Made by a program: the position numbers and the translations under genes. A DNA stretch of 47,992 nt, counting the filler, from Catajapyx aquilonaris (Eukaryota): NCBI GenBank assembly GCA_000934665.2. It is 2 parts of 2 records of this genome, joined end to end, with 100 filler letters (N's around TTAATTAATTAA, not from the genome) between each part and the next. Parts side by side here need not be neighbours in the genome. Positions count along the whole stretch, not along the records: positions 1 to 23,947 come from JYFJ02005593.1; positions 24,048 to 47,992 come from JYFJ02005594.1. One strand, given 5' to 3'. Of this stretch, positions 12,027-24,578 are shown in pieces. Positions within the stretch are counted from its first letter, which is position 1. Every line of letters begins with the position of its first letter. The notes under the pieces were generated by a model. The model did no database searches and was not told where the DNA came from. It saw nothing but the letters and a program-made list of their open reading frames with translations.

Positions 12027-15000
12027 TATAAATACAAACAAACAAAAAAAATCGTCGAGTCTATTCACATACAACGCAGAACATTCTAATGAGTCATTAC
12101 AGTACACATATTGCGAAGAAGATGGAGAGCAGTTAGTTCCGAAAGCAGGTAGCTGCCTCCTTTCTTATCGAGTTGTCTCTTTCCCTTTACATAAAAAAAA
12201 GAAAAAAAAGGAGAGGGTTCCACATATTCACTTCACACTGCCAACCAAATCACGTGTCTGCAGGCTGAAATTGCAACTCTGAATACTATAACAATAATTA
12301 TAATAATTTATACTCTTTGTACTATGCTTGTACCCTTTGACATAAATTCCGAATGTAATAAAGAAATAATAAAAAAATTTCCAACTTCATGTTTATACTT
12401 GCTACAAAAACGAGTCAGGAATACTGTTCCAATTCAGAAATTAATATTGATTCATTACTCTACGACTATTAAGTCTTAAAAATAAGCAAACCTCATTGAA
12501 GGTCAAGACCAGATAAAGTAAAGCTACAAAGTCATTCTTGACGCCCTGTATTTTTCAAAACTTCACACAATAAGTTGTTCCTTCTTCTCTCCCCTTAACA
12601 CACACGCACTCACTCTCATTCTCTTCTGCTGAATGTGTGCATCAGAAACATGCTCCAAACTTGCTTCATTTTTAGCTAGTGGAGTCAGGGTCGTCCTTTT
12701 AGACCTGTGTTATATCCATGCACTCTAGCTGTGTAATTATACACATTGGTGTCAGTTGAAAAATTTTATTTGTCGTTTACCTCATTTACGAGTCCTGTAC
12801 TCGAATGACTATTTAATTTCCCGCAACGTTTCCATTTATCAGTTAATTACCGGGCCATGAATCTCACAATTGAAGGTCTTTACATGTGGTTAATAGCTAC
12901 TTAAGAGCCGCATGAAACACGTTAGCGTCCACAACAATAAAATCACTGGAGAAAAAAAACACAATTTTAGCAAATACTGCAAACAATACGGATCCAAATA
13001 TTTTTCCCGCATATATTGTCATGAATCCGATTTTTTAAAATGAATTTATGTTGACTAGTTCCAGCTCAATCCCGATATGAATGGGTGTTACTTGTGCCTA
13101 AATGTTCCGCCAAATTATCACTGCATGCAGGTGTCGCAGACATGCGATGACCTTCATACTAATGGATATTTTTACAGACCTATATAAATTTGCCTATCAG
13201 GCGTATGCAAACCGGTTTTTCTCGCAGCAGATGGAAGCATGTGCTATCGCAATTGAAACTGTTACCTGTTACGACACGCATGTCATATAAGCATACCATA
13301 TAAGCTGTGCGGAAGCGGGTGCCAGAACGCGATCACATCACTTCCGGATCAGATATCCTGGTCATCTTGCAAAAATCGCAACCTCAAGCGCGACACAAAA
13401 ATGCAACATATAACTTCTCAAAGCGCAGAATGCCAATATATCCTGTCAATGCAGCAAAACTCGCGAAATAAAATTTTATGCAAGCGCAAATAAAAACAAT
13501 TTTTTTTACAATATATTCTCTTCACCTTCATAAGGATCAGCGATTAAAAATTTCTCCAGTAAAGAAACATCCTGCTGGGCCTTTCAAAAAAAATTCTTTA
13601 TTTCCCAGCCTGGAAATACGTACGTATAAAGTAAGGCCACAAGAGGGATGATAAGCACGAGAAATGTTAATGAGAAGCTAAGCCAACACGCTACAGCGAC
13701 CACATGCTTTTAATTGGATTTTTTTTTTCGTCTTACCTTGGTATACACTGTACACTCCTCAAAACTCACAAGCCGAAGGAAAACTTAATAATGAAAGCAA
13801 CAGCTATCAACCTGACGGATATGCGGAAATTTACAGCAGCATAGTATAACGGCACGCCAAACTGCAAGTGAATTAGTAGTTCCGCCAGATAATACGTAAC
13901 TGGGGGGGAGAAGACTGCATTTTGTAGTGATCGCTATCATCTCATTCAAACCATGGAATAAGTAGGAGACGGCATGTGTATAAATGGCATAATGAGAGCA
14001 TTCGTTCATTAATTTTAAAATAATTGTTTACGGATAGCACCGTCTGACCGCGCGCCACCCAGCGGGATTTTTGAACAACCTAATTGTGGATAATGTCCCG
14101 AGAAATTTCCAGTTTAAGGGCGTGATGAATTTAAACGCAACTGATCACAGTAAATAACACAAGACGCATCTACGTACCCTGTGGCCAGAGACAAGAGTCG
14201 TCGCTGTTAGAATGTTGAATCCAAGTTTGTGACAGGTGTAATAAACCCACTGTGTAATTAACTTTGAATAAGTTAGTTAACACCATTAGCAATATTATTA
14301 TAATTACGTCGTCTATTGTGCATTTGGATAGTGTGGACTGGCACTAAGTCTCAATACTTCATTTAGGATGCAAAATGTTCATTTGAAATATTACGTAATA
14401 AACCCCACTTTAATATTACAAAACGTACCTGATTTTATAACCTTGACAAACTGCCCTGTGCAGGAAATCCCGTAACTTATTCTAAGAACTTAAATCTATT
14501 TCGGCCTTAACATATTACAAAATCACAATATGACGACTCAATTTAAAACCAACCACTTAGCAAACCTTAATAAATATAAGTACTGTAGAGTGCGTGGCAG
14601 AAATTAGCTGTCAAATCTCCTAAGTTAATATGCAATTCCGTCGCTTTAAGTACGAATGTAAAACAACGCAAGGGAATGTCAACATATCTGAATGCGCCTT
14701 AGGTGAAGTCGACGCAATGTTAATCCTAATTATATTAGTCAAGTACAATTAAATACTTAGTCCCCTCCACATAACACCAGCAGTTAATTCATTTTACAAG
14801 TCTTTTCTGATCTAAGCACTTGATTACAGATCAGCATGAGATGTGATAAACTTTTGAGTCTTGATTACACCCATAGTACATGATGTCGTAGAAGTACACT
14901 ATGATATATACCCCCTTCACCAGCATACCCACATTCCCCTCCCCATCCCTCTCCCCCACCCACGGGTGGAAGGAATAAAGGTTGAGTGAGTTTCCAGGCT

Positions 15001-15033
15001 ACAGCAAAACTTAGGATTACAAATAACATCACT

Positions 15034-15039
15034 TTTATT
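15034..15039 (-). terminator. Candidate poly(A) signal for Abd-B
   Basis: Minus-strand AATAAA followed by AGTGATGTTATTTGTAATCCTAAGTTTTGCTGT (GU-rich downstream), preceded by U-rich UTR-like sequence. Confidence 0.4.
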
Positions 15040-16202
15040 TCTTTCACTTCAATATTCTGGTTTCATATTTTTTTTCGTTTTGATTGCTGAATAATTAATT
15101 CCATAAACAATGACTTATAGTGAAAAGAGTACATATATTTAAACAAACAAACAGAAAACTGGAAAGATTTTTCGCTTAAAGATTCTTTAAACCCTTAACA
15201 AGTCCTACGCATTCACACGGATTTTTTTTGTTATATTTTGATCTCCAATTCATAATTATGGTTGTTTTTTTGAGAAGAAATAGCTCGAAAGCGTCTTTTT
15301 TCTCTATTTACACTTTGAACACAACAGAGCAAAAAATTAATATGAAAACGCACTTGGACATCCTAGACCTGTCTGTTTGCTGCAGTTGGACGCTTGGAAA
15401 TAGGTCAAGATAATCAATCCGAGGCTTAGGCACAAAATAGAACAGAAAAAAAGTGGATACTGAATAACATGAACGTAACGCCAAAGTTAACCTTGATGCA
15501 GAAACCTGAATAAAAAGTAAAATTTTTATAGGAGATATTCAAGAAGATTAGACTATACAACAATGCACTGCCCCAATCACATATTTTAAATTTTTTTTCG
15601 GTATGCAAACGGTTCCAAAAAGCTCAATCTGACGCTTGTCAGTAACTGAATAGCTTCAAAATTGCACTAGAAAAGGGTCCGGAAGCACTTTCCAGATAAT
15701 AGACACAGTAATTTTTTTTTCTCCCCCACGACTAACATATCTTTGAAGAAAAAACTATTTCGAATATTACAATACGTTACGTTCCGCTTAGCACACATAA
15801 AATGACTAAGGCTTCCAAGTAAACAAAGCAGGCCAATGTGCACAACAAGGTGGCCATAAATTTTTTTTCACAATATAGGTCATATAGAGAATTTTGAGAA
15901 GGGCAAACATAGCATTGCACACAATTAACATCAGCACCTCAGGATGCACGAGATATATGTAGCCTCGCTCCGACAATTTTTTTTTTCTGTTAGCACCAAT
16001 GTTGCACCAAGAATTGCATTTTTTTTGTACCCGAAATAAAACCATAATTCGAAGCAGAGCACCTGAAGAATATTATAATATTGAAACCCTGAGGTCAACC
16101 GGAGTTGAGGAGGAAGGTTGTGGGGGGTTATGGAAATGTCAAGTTTTGATGCCTTTGAACCCCCTTCCCTGAAGGAGGTGGTATCAGCATCGAAGGAACA
16201 AA

Positions 16203-16275
16203 CGACCACTCCGGGACTTGAACCCGGCCCCACGCCTCAACGTAGCGTTGCTCTAACCCGCTGAGCTAAGTGGCC
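16203..16275 (-). ncRNA. tRNA-like cloverleaf (73 nt, nominal anticodon GTT); tRNA pseudogene or SINE head
   Basis: GGCCACT TA GCTC AGCGGGTTA GAGC A ACGCT ACGTTGA GGCGT GGGG CCGGG TTCAAGT CCCGG AGTGGTC G. All four stems pair and A/B boxes are present, but the anticodon loop has non-canonical A32/C33. Confidence 0.75.
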
Positions 16276-19220
16276 CTCTATTTTGGACAAGGAATTTGCA
16301 TGCCGAAGGGGCGCAAGGACTCGGGTTTCTAGCTCTGCACAAATTTTAGAGAATTTTTTATATAAAAAAATCATAATTTTTTTCCACAACGCAGCAAGAC
16401 TAGCAAATATCACGTACATCCTGACAAATTTTTTCCTCCACCACGTATATCGAAACAGTGTAGCAGAAATTAAAAACTGTGGAAACATAATGGCGCACTG
16501 GTGTAGAAATAGAGCTAGAGAGGTGGGAAAAAAGAGGAAGGGGGGAGGGGGGTAAAGGGAGGGTAAAGAATCGCACCCAAGTCGATATTTTTTTCGAGAC
16601 CGTCACTGAATGTTTTCAGCCCAGTTTTGTACTCTGGTTGAACGGAACAAGTCCTGATGACTGCAAAACGACAAACGCATGCGCTGTGTGTATGATCGCT
16701 CCTTGCCGCTGCATTGCTGAGCGGCTGGAATATACGATCCACATGACGCACAACATACCTCATACAAAACATCACAAGTCTTTTCTCCTTAACTGGTATG
16801 ACTGCAGGGGGAGATGTTCGAAAAAAAAAATTGTTTCCAAACAAAAAAATAATGTGTTGTCGCCGTCAGCTCCTTTTTTTTCTCGAAAACCAACTAGGCC
16901 TACAAGTATGGTCGCAGGATGACAATTTGCATGCCTAAAAATGAGCCAGCCAGGCAGCAGCAGGTTGCACGAGTCCGGATTACATGAATTGCAGCTACAC
17001 AGAGTTCCATCAAATCTAACTAGGCCTATCAAACGTGGGAAAAGGGGATGTTTTTTTGGTGGGTACAAGGTAAGTCGGTCAAGGGAGTTCACTGTATAGT
17101 TTGGCCATAGTTGAGGGACAGCAGAGAGGGCACGACGTGGACAACCTTATAGAGCTAGTGATACATCACTGCATAACAACACATAAAAGTTTACAAAACT
17201 AACACGTTCATGAGTGTACTCTTATAACGTCCTTTGGACAGTACACGTATTGCACTTTGTATCTACACCACTGACAGGCATAAAAAATCGAGATTGGCGT
17301 CACACAGTTGACCCACCGAATTTATTTCGCCTCTAGGCCTCCCTTATTTTCTAGACAGTGTCAAGAAAAAAGCGACCACCGTGTGGCCTAGCATTCTGTC
17401 AGCCTTCCAGAGCATGTGCTATTTATTTCTCTTATGATTATTTTTGTTGAAAACCCTCAGCAACATTGACTTGTTTTGAATGGCACCTCGGTATGCGCCG
17501 AGTCTCGGTTGTCTGCCGCTTTGCACCACGAATTCAATGCAACCACGTCATCCCTATACAGAGACCTTTACAATTCTGCTTGAGAGAGACTTGGAAAAAA
17601 AATAACAAGAGAAAATAAAATTGTTGATTGTAAAATGTTCAAGCCGATGCTGGTCTTACCTGACGAAACGATCGCGACTGACATGATTGTATCGATGCCT
17701 GGAAAAAAAAATGAACTTTGAAAGAGGGATCTCATCTAAAAATTCGACGGGAAAGGAGGACAGCTTGGAGAGAGTTACTGACAGAGACAACGCTGCAAAA
17801 AGTCTGCGACGGAAAGAGAGTGCTACAACATACCCATAGGTTGAACGAGCTTGCCTTTCTGCAGGAAGCATATTCATTCATTCCACTGGCCAACATACTG
17901 TCACTCTTTGGAATATGCTCCTTCACCCTACGCCTATACAAAAGCCTTCTCTCAAGCCACACATGACAGTTAAACCCGACGTAATGATTCACACTGACAG
18001 CACACACCAGATTTGGCAATATAAAACAATGAACCTGACCTACAGTTAATAGGAATGGAGAAGCGTGACAAACGCGTGACCATTCAACTAACTAGGAACA
18101 CCAAGTGTATATAGAAGGTAGATAGAAACTGAGGTAAGACTTTTATCCCCCTTAAGATTATTATATGCACTTCCCCTACTTTATAATACGATGCAGTATG
18201 GCTCCTCAACCGCAGGCAAAGGAGCCAGCAGTAATAATTCGGATTCAAACGCTAGCTCCAGATAAAAACTGGTGCTGCGACAGCTTACCTATACGAGAGA
18301 AAATAAGGAAATGTACCCTTTGTACAGGAATCGTCAAGTAATCGAGAGATTTACCTTCTGAAATTTTTCATTTGAAATTTTTTCGGCATTTTTTTCAAGT
18401 TCGAGAGCACACAGCAGAGCAAGTTTTACAGCGCTTGTGACCATGACAGGTTTTTAAGTTTGTGTGTTATTTTCTTATCCTTTATTTTGTATATAAAAAA
18501 GCGGGATGAGATAGATTTTGCTTAAGCGGGGTCCCCAGGAAATTTAAAAAAAACAATCCAGAATAAGAAAATGAAGAACTGACTCATGTCACGACCGTGG
18601 AATCGGATAGATCACTCGGATGTGTCACAACCAAAATGGCAAAGGCCTCTCTCTGACGCGCGCTTTCTTTCTCTCTCTTTCTCTTTCTCTCTCTCTCTTT
18701 CTCTCTCTCCCTTATTACTATTGATCTGGCAAGGTGGGGTTTGGGGGGACAGCAGGTGGACAAGGGGCCATTTTAAACTTTCTTGTGACACGATCTGAGC
18801 AGCTGTGCTCTGGAACACCAACAAAAGACACGGACTGGGGTGTTTTATCCTCCAAAAAATCTCCTTACCAACAATGAGTGCAACGCACGAGAGAAAAGAA
18901 CACATGTGATGAATGAATTTTTTTTTGCATTTGAAGCCAGCAGCAGACTTTTTAAGAAATGTCCCCAGTGTTAACTTTTTTTCCTTATTTCTTTCTCTCT
19001 TTATCTTTCTGTCTTCGTCCCCTGTCCGCCCAAGCGGAATTGAGATCGCTTGCGGCCGATAGTAAAGAACGAAAGAGAAAAACCGAGGGAAGACAACAGA
19101 GGGCGCAACTGATATAGAGAGAGTAGTAGGGTTTAATCAAGGGAGACACGGAGCATGAATGGGTGTTGTTGTTGTTGTTGTATCATAGGCAGGGCAGGGC
19201 CGCTAAGACCACTCCACAGG

Positions 19221-19763
<543 letters not shown>

Positions 19764-22091
19764 TCAAAAGCAACAGGTAGCATGCAGCAAGCAGGTTTTC
19801 ATGCTGTTCCTGGGATCGGCCCAGTCCCAAATCCAACCCTCAACGACTCCCAGACGAAAAGAAAAAGGGCATGGAACCTTTCTTCTTCCGTATATAGACC
19901 TTGGCTGGTTTATTAGCCCATAAAATTAGAGTCCACGCTTTTTTCTTCTTCTCTCCTGCGTTTCCTCGAGTTTGACCGTGAACTTTTTTTCACCGATGGT
20001 CTTATTACGTAGTTGGACAAGCTGGCAACAGTTTGTTGCTTGATTGCTGATAAGTGAATAATAATAACTGCTCGATTATTTTCCCTATTACATCACCCGC
20101 ATCGCAGACGAGTTCCAGATAAGTAGATTTTGAACTCTGGAGGTTAAATTTCGCCATTCTCTATGCACTGCTAGATATCGTGAGATTCATCTGCTATGAA
20201 AAGAAGCCTTAAAACGGAAGCCTCTGCGTGATACATAATCATTAAGTCCACACCTCGTTGCATCATATATATAACTTGGCTATACACCCTCACATCCATG
20301 CCAAATGCCAAAGGAAACAGTCTAGAGCTGGCCCTACCCTTCAAAACAAAAGGCCAAGAAGCACGCCCCTGCATAGTGCACCATTATTTTTAGCAGTTCT
20401 AACGCCCCAGAAATTCAATATTGTTGACATCTTTCTGCGGTCAAACCCTCGTGTGCAACTGCAAAGGTCTCCTTTGCAATCGAAAATATCGATGCTCTGT
20501 ATATTGACCCCTGCCAGTGTCGTGTACAGGCTATCTAGGGGGGTGTAAAACAGCACTAATTATTCACTCGCCAAATAGATTAGTTTTTATAAATCGCAAT
20601 AAAAGATTAAGAGGAATAACTTGACCGGGTGGTCACCATGGTCTCATTGATTATCCACGAAGCCTTGGACTAAAATGGCCACCGACATTGGACTTTGCGT
20701 GATCGCCCACGTACCATGCTGGACACAAATACACACGGTAGCAGAAAGGTGACTATTGATTGGCTGGCTGGTCACCTTGGTTTTCTACATGCAGAAGTAG
20801 CACTGGTGTCGCACATACACTGAAAAGTACTCTGCCCAAGTCTCCTAGTTCAAGGAAAGAAGTCCTCGATTGGTCACTTCAGCAATGAAACAACTATCCT
20901 ATCAGAAAATGAATGTGGCCCTGGTGGTTGCTTCCGTAGGTTTCTTCTCTCTAAACTGGTTGATTGCTTGAACAATCCACAATTTCTTCCCTTGAACTGG
21001 GGATTAGGTTGCATATTGCGTTGTATCCATTGCATTGCAACATAGTCCACCCTCTATAGGCTATAAGAATGCAGCCCGCGATAAACTAGATAGTGCAGTT
21101 TTCTGCCAATTCCATTAGTTTGTGTGGGTCATAGGATATTTTGTCCTCTTCTAGGTAATTAGTGATTACAGAAATTTCAGAGACACTGCTTAACACGTTT
21201 TTCCGCTGAATTATTTCAAAACATTCTTCCTTTTTTCTCCCATTTTTGGAGTTTAATGATTTAATTATTGTTATTTGCTATTTCAAAACCTTCTAAACTT
21301 TATGGCTTGCGAATTAGCTAGCGCTGGCTCAGCCCCTATAGATTGGTAGTACACTACCAAATAGTGATCCGCCTTGTGCTTTTGAATAAAATAATTCCTG
21401 AATTTCATTTGCTACGTTTCAATTGATATGTTAGAAGTAACAATGGCAACTTTTTTGGCATCAAGGCACATACCATGTTGTCGGAGCTCAACTCTCCGAT
21501 AGTGACAAGAACATCACTTTCCAAAAAATATCTCACAAATATTACGATAGCCCAACGTAAAGTACCACTATAAATACCACCAATTCTATCAATCAAGACT
21601 ATCACTATATAAGTTAAAACATTATAACAAATCTTATCAGAGGCAGTTTCCATACCTGTATTTAACCCATGATTAAAAAATATTCTCATTGTACTGGCGA
21701 CGTATTCGGTTTTGACTATGATTCCAAGAATCACGATTCAAAATACAGTAGTCAGGTGAGCAAATGGGCAAAAAGAATTAGTATTATTATTGCAACACCT
21801 GAACGTAGCACCATGTAGGTATATGATAATTGCATTTGTACTAATACGCCTGACATTACCCATTAACTATTGGACAAATAACAAACCCTGACGTGATAAT
21901 CCACTACACACCTGAGTGGGAAGAAAAGTTCTAATAAGGAAACTAATAAGGTAGTTCAAATGGCACGTAACGCACAAAAGCCACAAAAGCCACAAAAGGG
22001 ACAAAAGGGACAATAACGCAAATTCTACACACAGAACTCTGGGACTGGAATCGTTCTTAACTCGTATCATGGTGCAGACGCTAGAGGTCAG

Positions 22092-22321
22092 TACTGCCGT
22101 CAGATATGAGAAGACCGTAACTCAATGTCCACTTTCCCTTGCGGCGAGAAAAAAAAGCAGTGGTACCAAAAGCACCCAACAGGTGGAGTTGGGATGCCGT
22201 TCCTTGTCCCCCCTTCGTCCAACGCCACCTCTTGGATGCATTCGGTAACACTTGCTTTCTTTTCTCGCCGCAAGGGAAGTGGATAATGAGTTACGGTCCT
22301 CTCACATCTGACGGCAGAGTA
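22092..22321. mobile_element. ~230-bp palindromic MITE
   Basis: CTGCCGTCAGATATGAGAAGACCGTAACTCA...CCCTTGCGGCGAGAAA pairs with TTTCTCGCCGCAAGGG...TGAGTTACGGTCCTCTCACATCTGACGGCAG; TA at both ends. Confidence 0.85.
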
Positions 22322-23741
22322 GGCCTATATAATTCGCCTCAGATATGAATACCTCCTTGTACATGGTGTAGGCGACGGAAAAAGATATATCCTTCCCTTG
22401 CTTGTTTTTGAATAGTGTTTAGTCTACGTAGTAATAGTTTATAGAACCTTGCAAAATTTATTGACGATATATATTATTATAACACAACACTGTCTTGTTC
22501 AAAAGGAGCCAGCCGTATCTTTTGGCCATTTTCCTTTCCACTAGACCATGGCATGCGATGGCATGAGTTGCAAACAGGACCATTCTATAGGAGGGCTTAT
22601 CCTGAGGGCACAACTTTGATAACCCCCAAGCCCACAGACCCACCCAGAGAAATTTGGATGTGAATGATCAACATTCTTGGATTCAACTACCACTGCTTTC
22701 CGTGTCCACTGAAATACTTGTAACAAATAATGCAAAGCCCCTAATTAAGCCTTTTTTCGGTTTTCACCTACAAAACAGAAATAATGAGATGTAATGTTTT
22801 GTATGGTGTAATGTTTACTCCAGTGTACTCCCAAGACCCATCCGACACACCTGAGTAGCTGACACCACTCCTGAGAGGCAGATCTACATATTTGACCTCA
22901 TGGAAGAACATGTCATATGAATGCAGCTAGTAGGCTACTATTCAAGGAAATTAAAATTATTGGAACGTAATGTACAAACAATTACCAATATTATGTATGT
23001 TTGCGTAATAACAATAGCTTAAATGTTTGTTCCTTATTTGGTACAAGTTTCATAGGTTTGACTTATATGGGTGTGATCAAAATATTGTTTTCTTGTCAGT
23101 GTTATCAATAACAGTAATAAAGCACAAATTTCTGCTAAAACGGCTGGAAGTACCGGACACAAAATATTTCACCTACTTATTGTACTCCGTAACTATTCTC
23201 GTTTAAATGTTGCAGAAGGAATCGAACAGTGCATAAGTACACCCGCGAACAAAAACATGGTCCCCAGTTTAAATTTGTTGAAACGACTGATTTGTTTTAG
23301 TAATTGCTTTGCAATAATATTATAAGAAGTGACTATAATATGCGAGTAATATTCGACTACACTGACAACTATATAGAGGTGTAATCAAGCTTCTTATCAC
23401 TTGTAAGGAAAATATTATTATTTTCACACAAAACATTTGGTCCCTCAATTCAGGTTACGCACATATAGATCGGTATAAAATGACTTTATGATGACTTGCA
23501 ATTTTGGCCAAGGACACTGATGAAGAGAGTTATCATGTTGAGATTTTGATTGATGATAATGATAATATCTTATATATTGCTGGAGGAGGGAGGGAAAGGT
23601 ACAATACAATCACACATAGCCTACCTCTATAGGATGGGAGGTTTCCTTTACAAAAAAAAAACAGGTGCTGTCAGCTACTTTGAATTTCAGTGCAGAATCA
23701 GTGTTGCAATTCCGCTAAATGACGAGAAATTTTTATATATA

Positions 23742-23947
23742 CAGGGTGGTCCAACTTTTTTGTCCGAACAGCTATTGACAAATTCGGCCTAAGCTGCTTA
23801 TGTTGTAGTGCGTTACCTGGCAACCCCGGCCGGCGGGCCAATTCAAACATCAGCACATGAAGAGCGCTTCCATTGTTGCCACTGTTTACAAATCGAGTGA
23901 GTGACGCGGACGACCCAGCGACGGGTCTCTTCTGCCTGCTTACACAG
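23742..23947. mobile_element. Left half of a palindromic Tc1/mariner-type MITE related to 38361-38692, broken by the gap
   Basis: TA|CAGGGTGGTCCAAC start. 23811-23940 nearly matches one arm plus the loop of the 38361-38692 element. Confidence 0.8.
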
Positions 23948-24047
23948 NNNNNNNNNNNNNNNNNNNNNNNNNNNNNNNNNNNNNNNNNNNNTTAATTAAT
24001 TAANNNNNNNNNNNNNNNNNNNNNNNNNNNNNNNNNNNNNNNNNNNN
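23948..24047. other. Assembly gap with artificial linker
   Basis: 44 N + TTAATTAATTAA (stop codons in all six frames) + 44 N = exactly 100 bp. Confidence 0.95.
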
Positions 24048-24140
24048 TACCAACAGATTACATTTCTGTTGGCATCACTGGTTGGCGCCAAAAAAATCTT
24101 TTGCTGATGTCAACATATGTCGACACCAGGTCTCAGGAGG

Positions 24141-24578
24141 ATATAAGACGCACCCAGATTTATTGCCGTAGTTTGGGAACTGGCCTCGCAATGCATGTGC
24201 AATGCATGTGCGTGTGGAATCCATTAGAATCCAGTAAAGGGGGGCAAGTGGAAAATGGGACAATGCCACGCATCTGAAACGTATAGGTGGCAAGGTCACA
24301 CCGGAATTGTGCACGTGTGGGGACGGGGAGAGCATATCAATGGAAGTGAAGGAGAAACGCAGGTCGTACCGTGCCGATTTCAAGAGGAAAGTGATCAACT
24401 GTGCTGACAGGACATCAAACAGACAAGCTAAAATTTTTCAATAAACGATTTTCACAATTTCTCACGGGTTTCACCCGTTGTGCCCTGCCGTATAAGACGC
24501 ACACGCGTATACGACGCACCCTACTTTTTGAGCTACAAAAATCGGAAAAAAGTGCGTCTTATATGCGAGTAAATACGG
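24141..24578 (+). mobile_element. Internally deleted pogo/Tc2-like DNA transposon
   Basis: Right end GTGCGTCTTATATGCGAGTAAATACGG|TA with repeated TATAAGACGCAC subterminal motifs. 24340-24429 encodes MEVKEKRRSYRADFKRKVINCADRTSNRQA, like the N-terminal Brinker-type DNA-binding start of pogo transposases, then stops. Confidence 0.8.

Noticed and set aside
16203..16275. Functional tRNA-Asn gene
   Set aside because: It lacks U33 and a pyrimidine at 32 and has no T4 terminator, so it is reported as tRNA-like only.
23992..24003. TTAATTAATTAA as a homeodomain site or piggyBac footprint
   Set aside because: It is centred in a 100-bp N pad, so it is an artificial linker.
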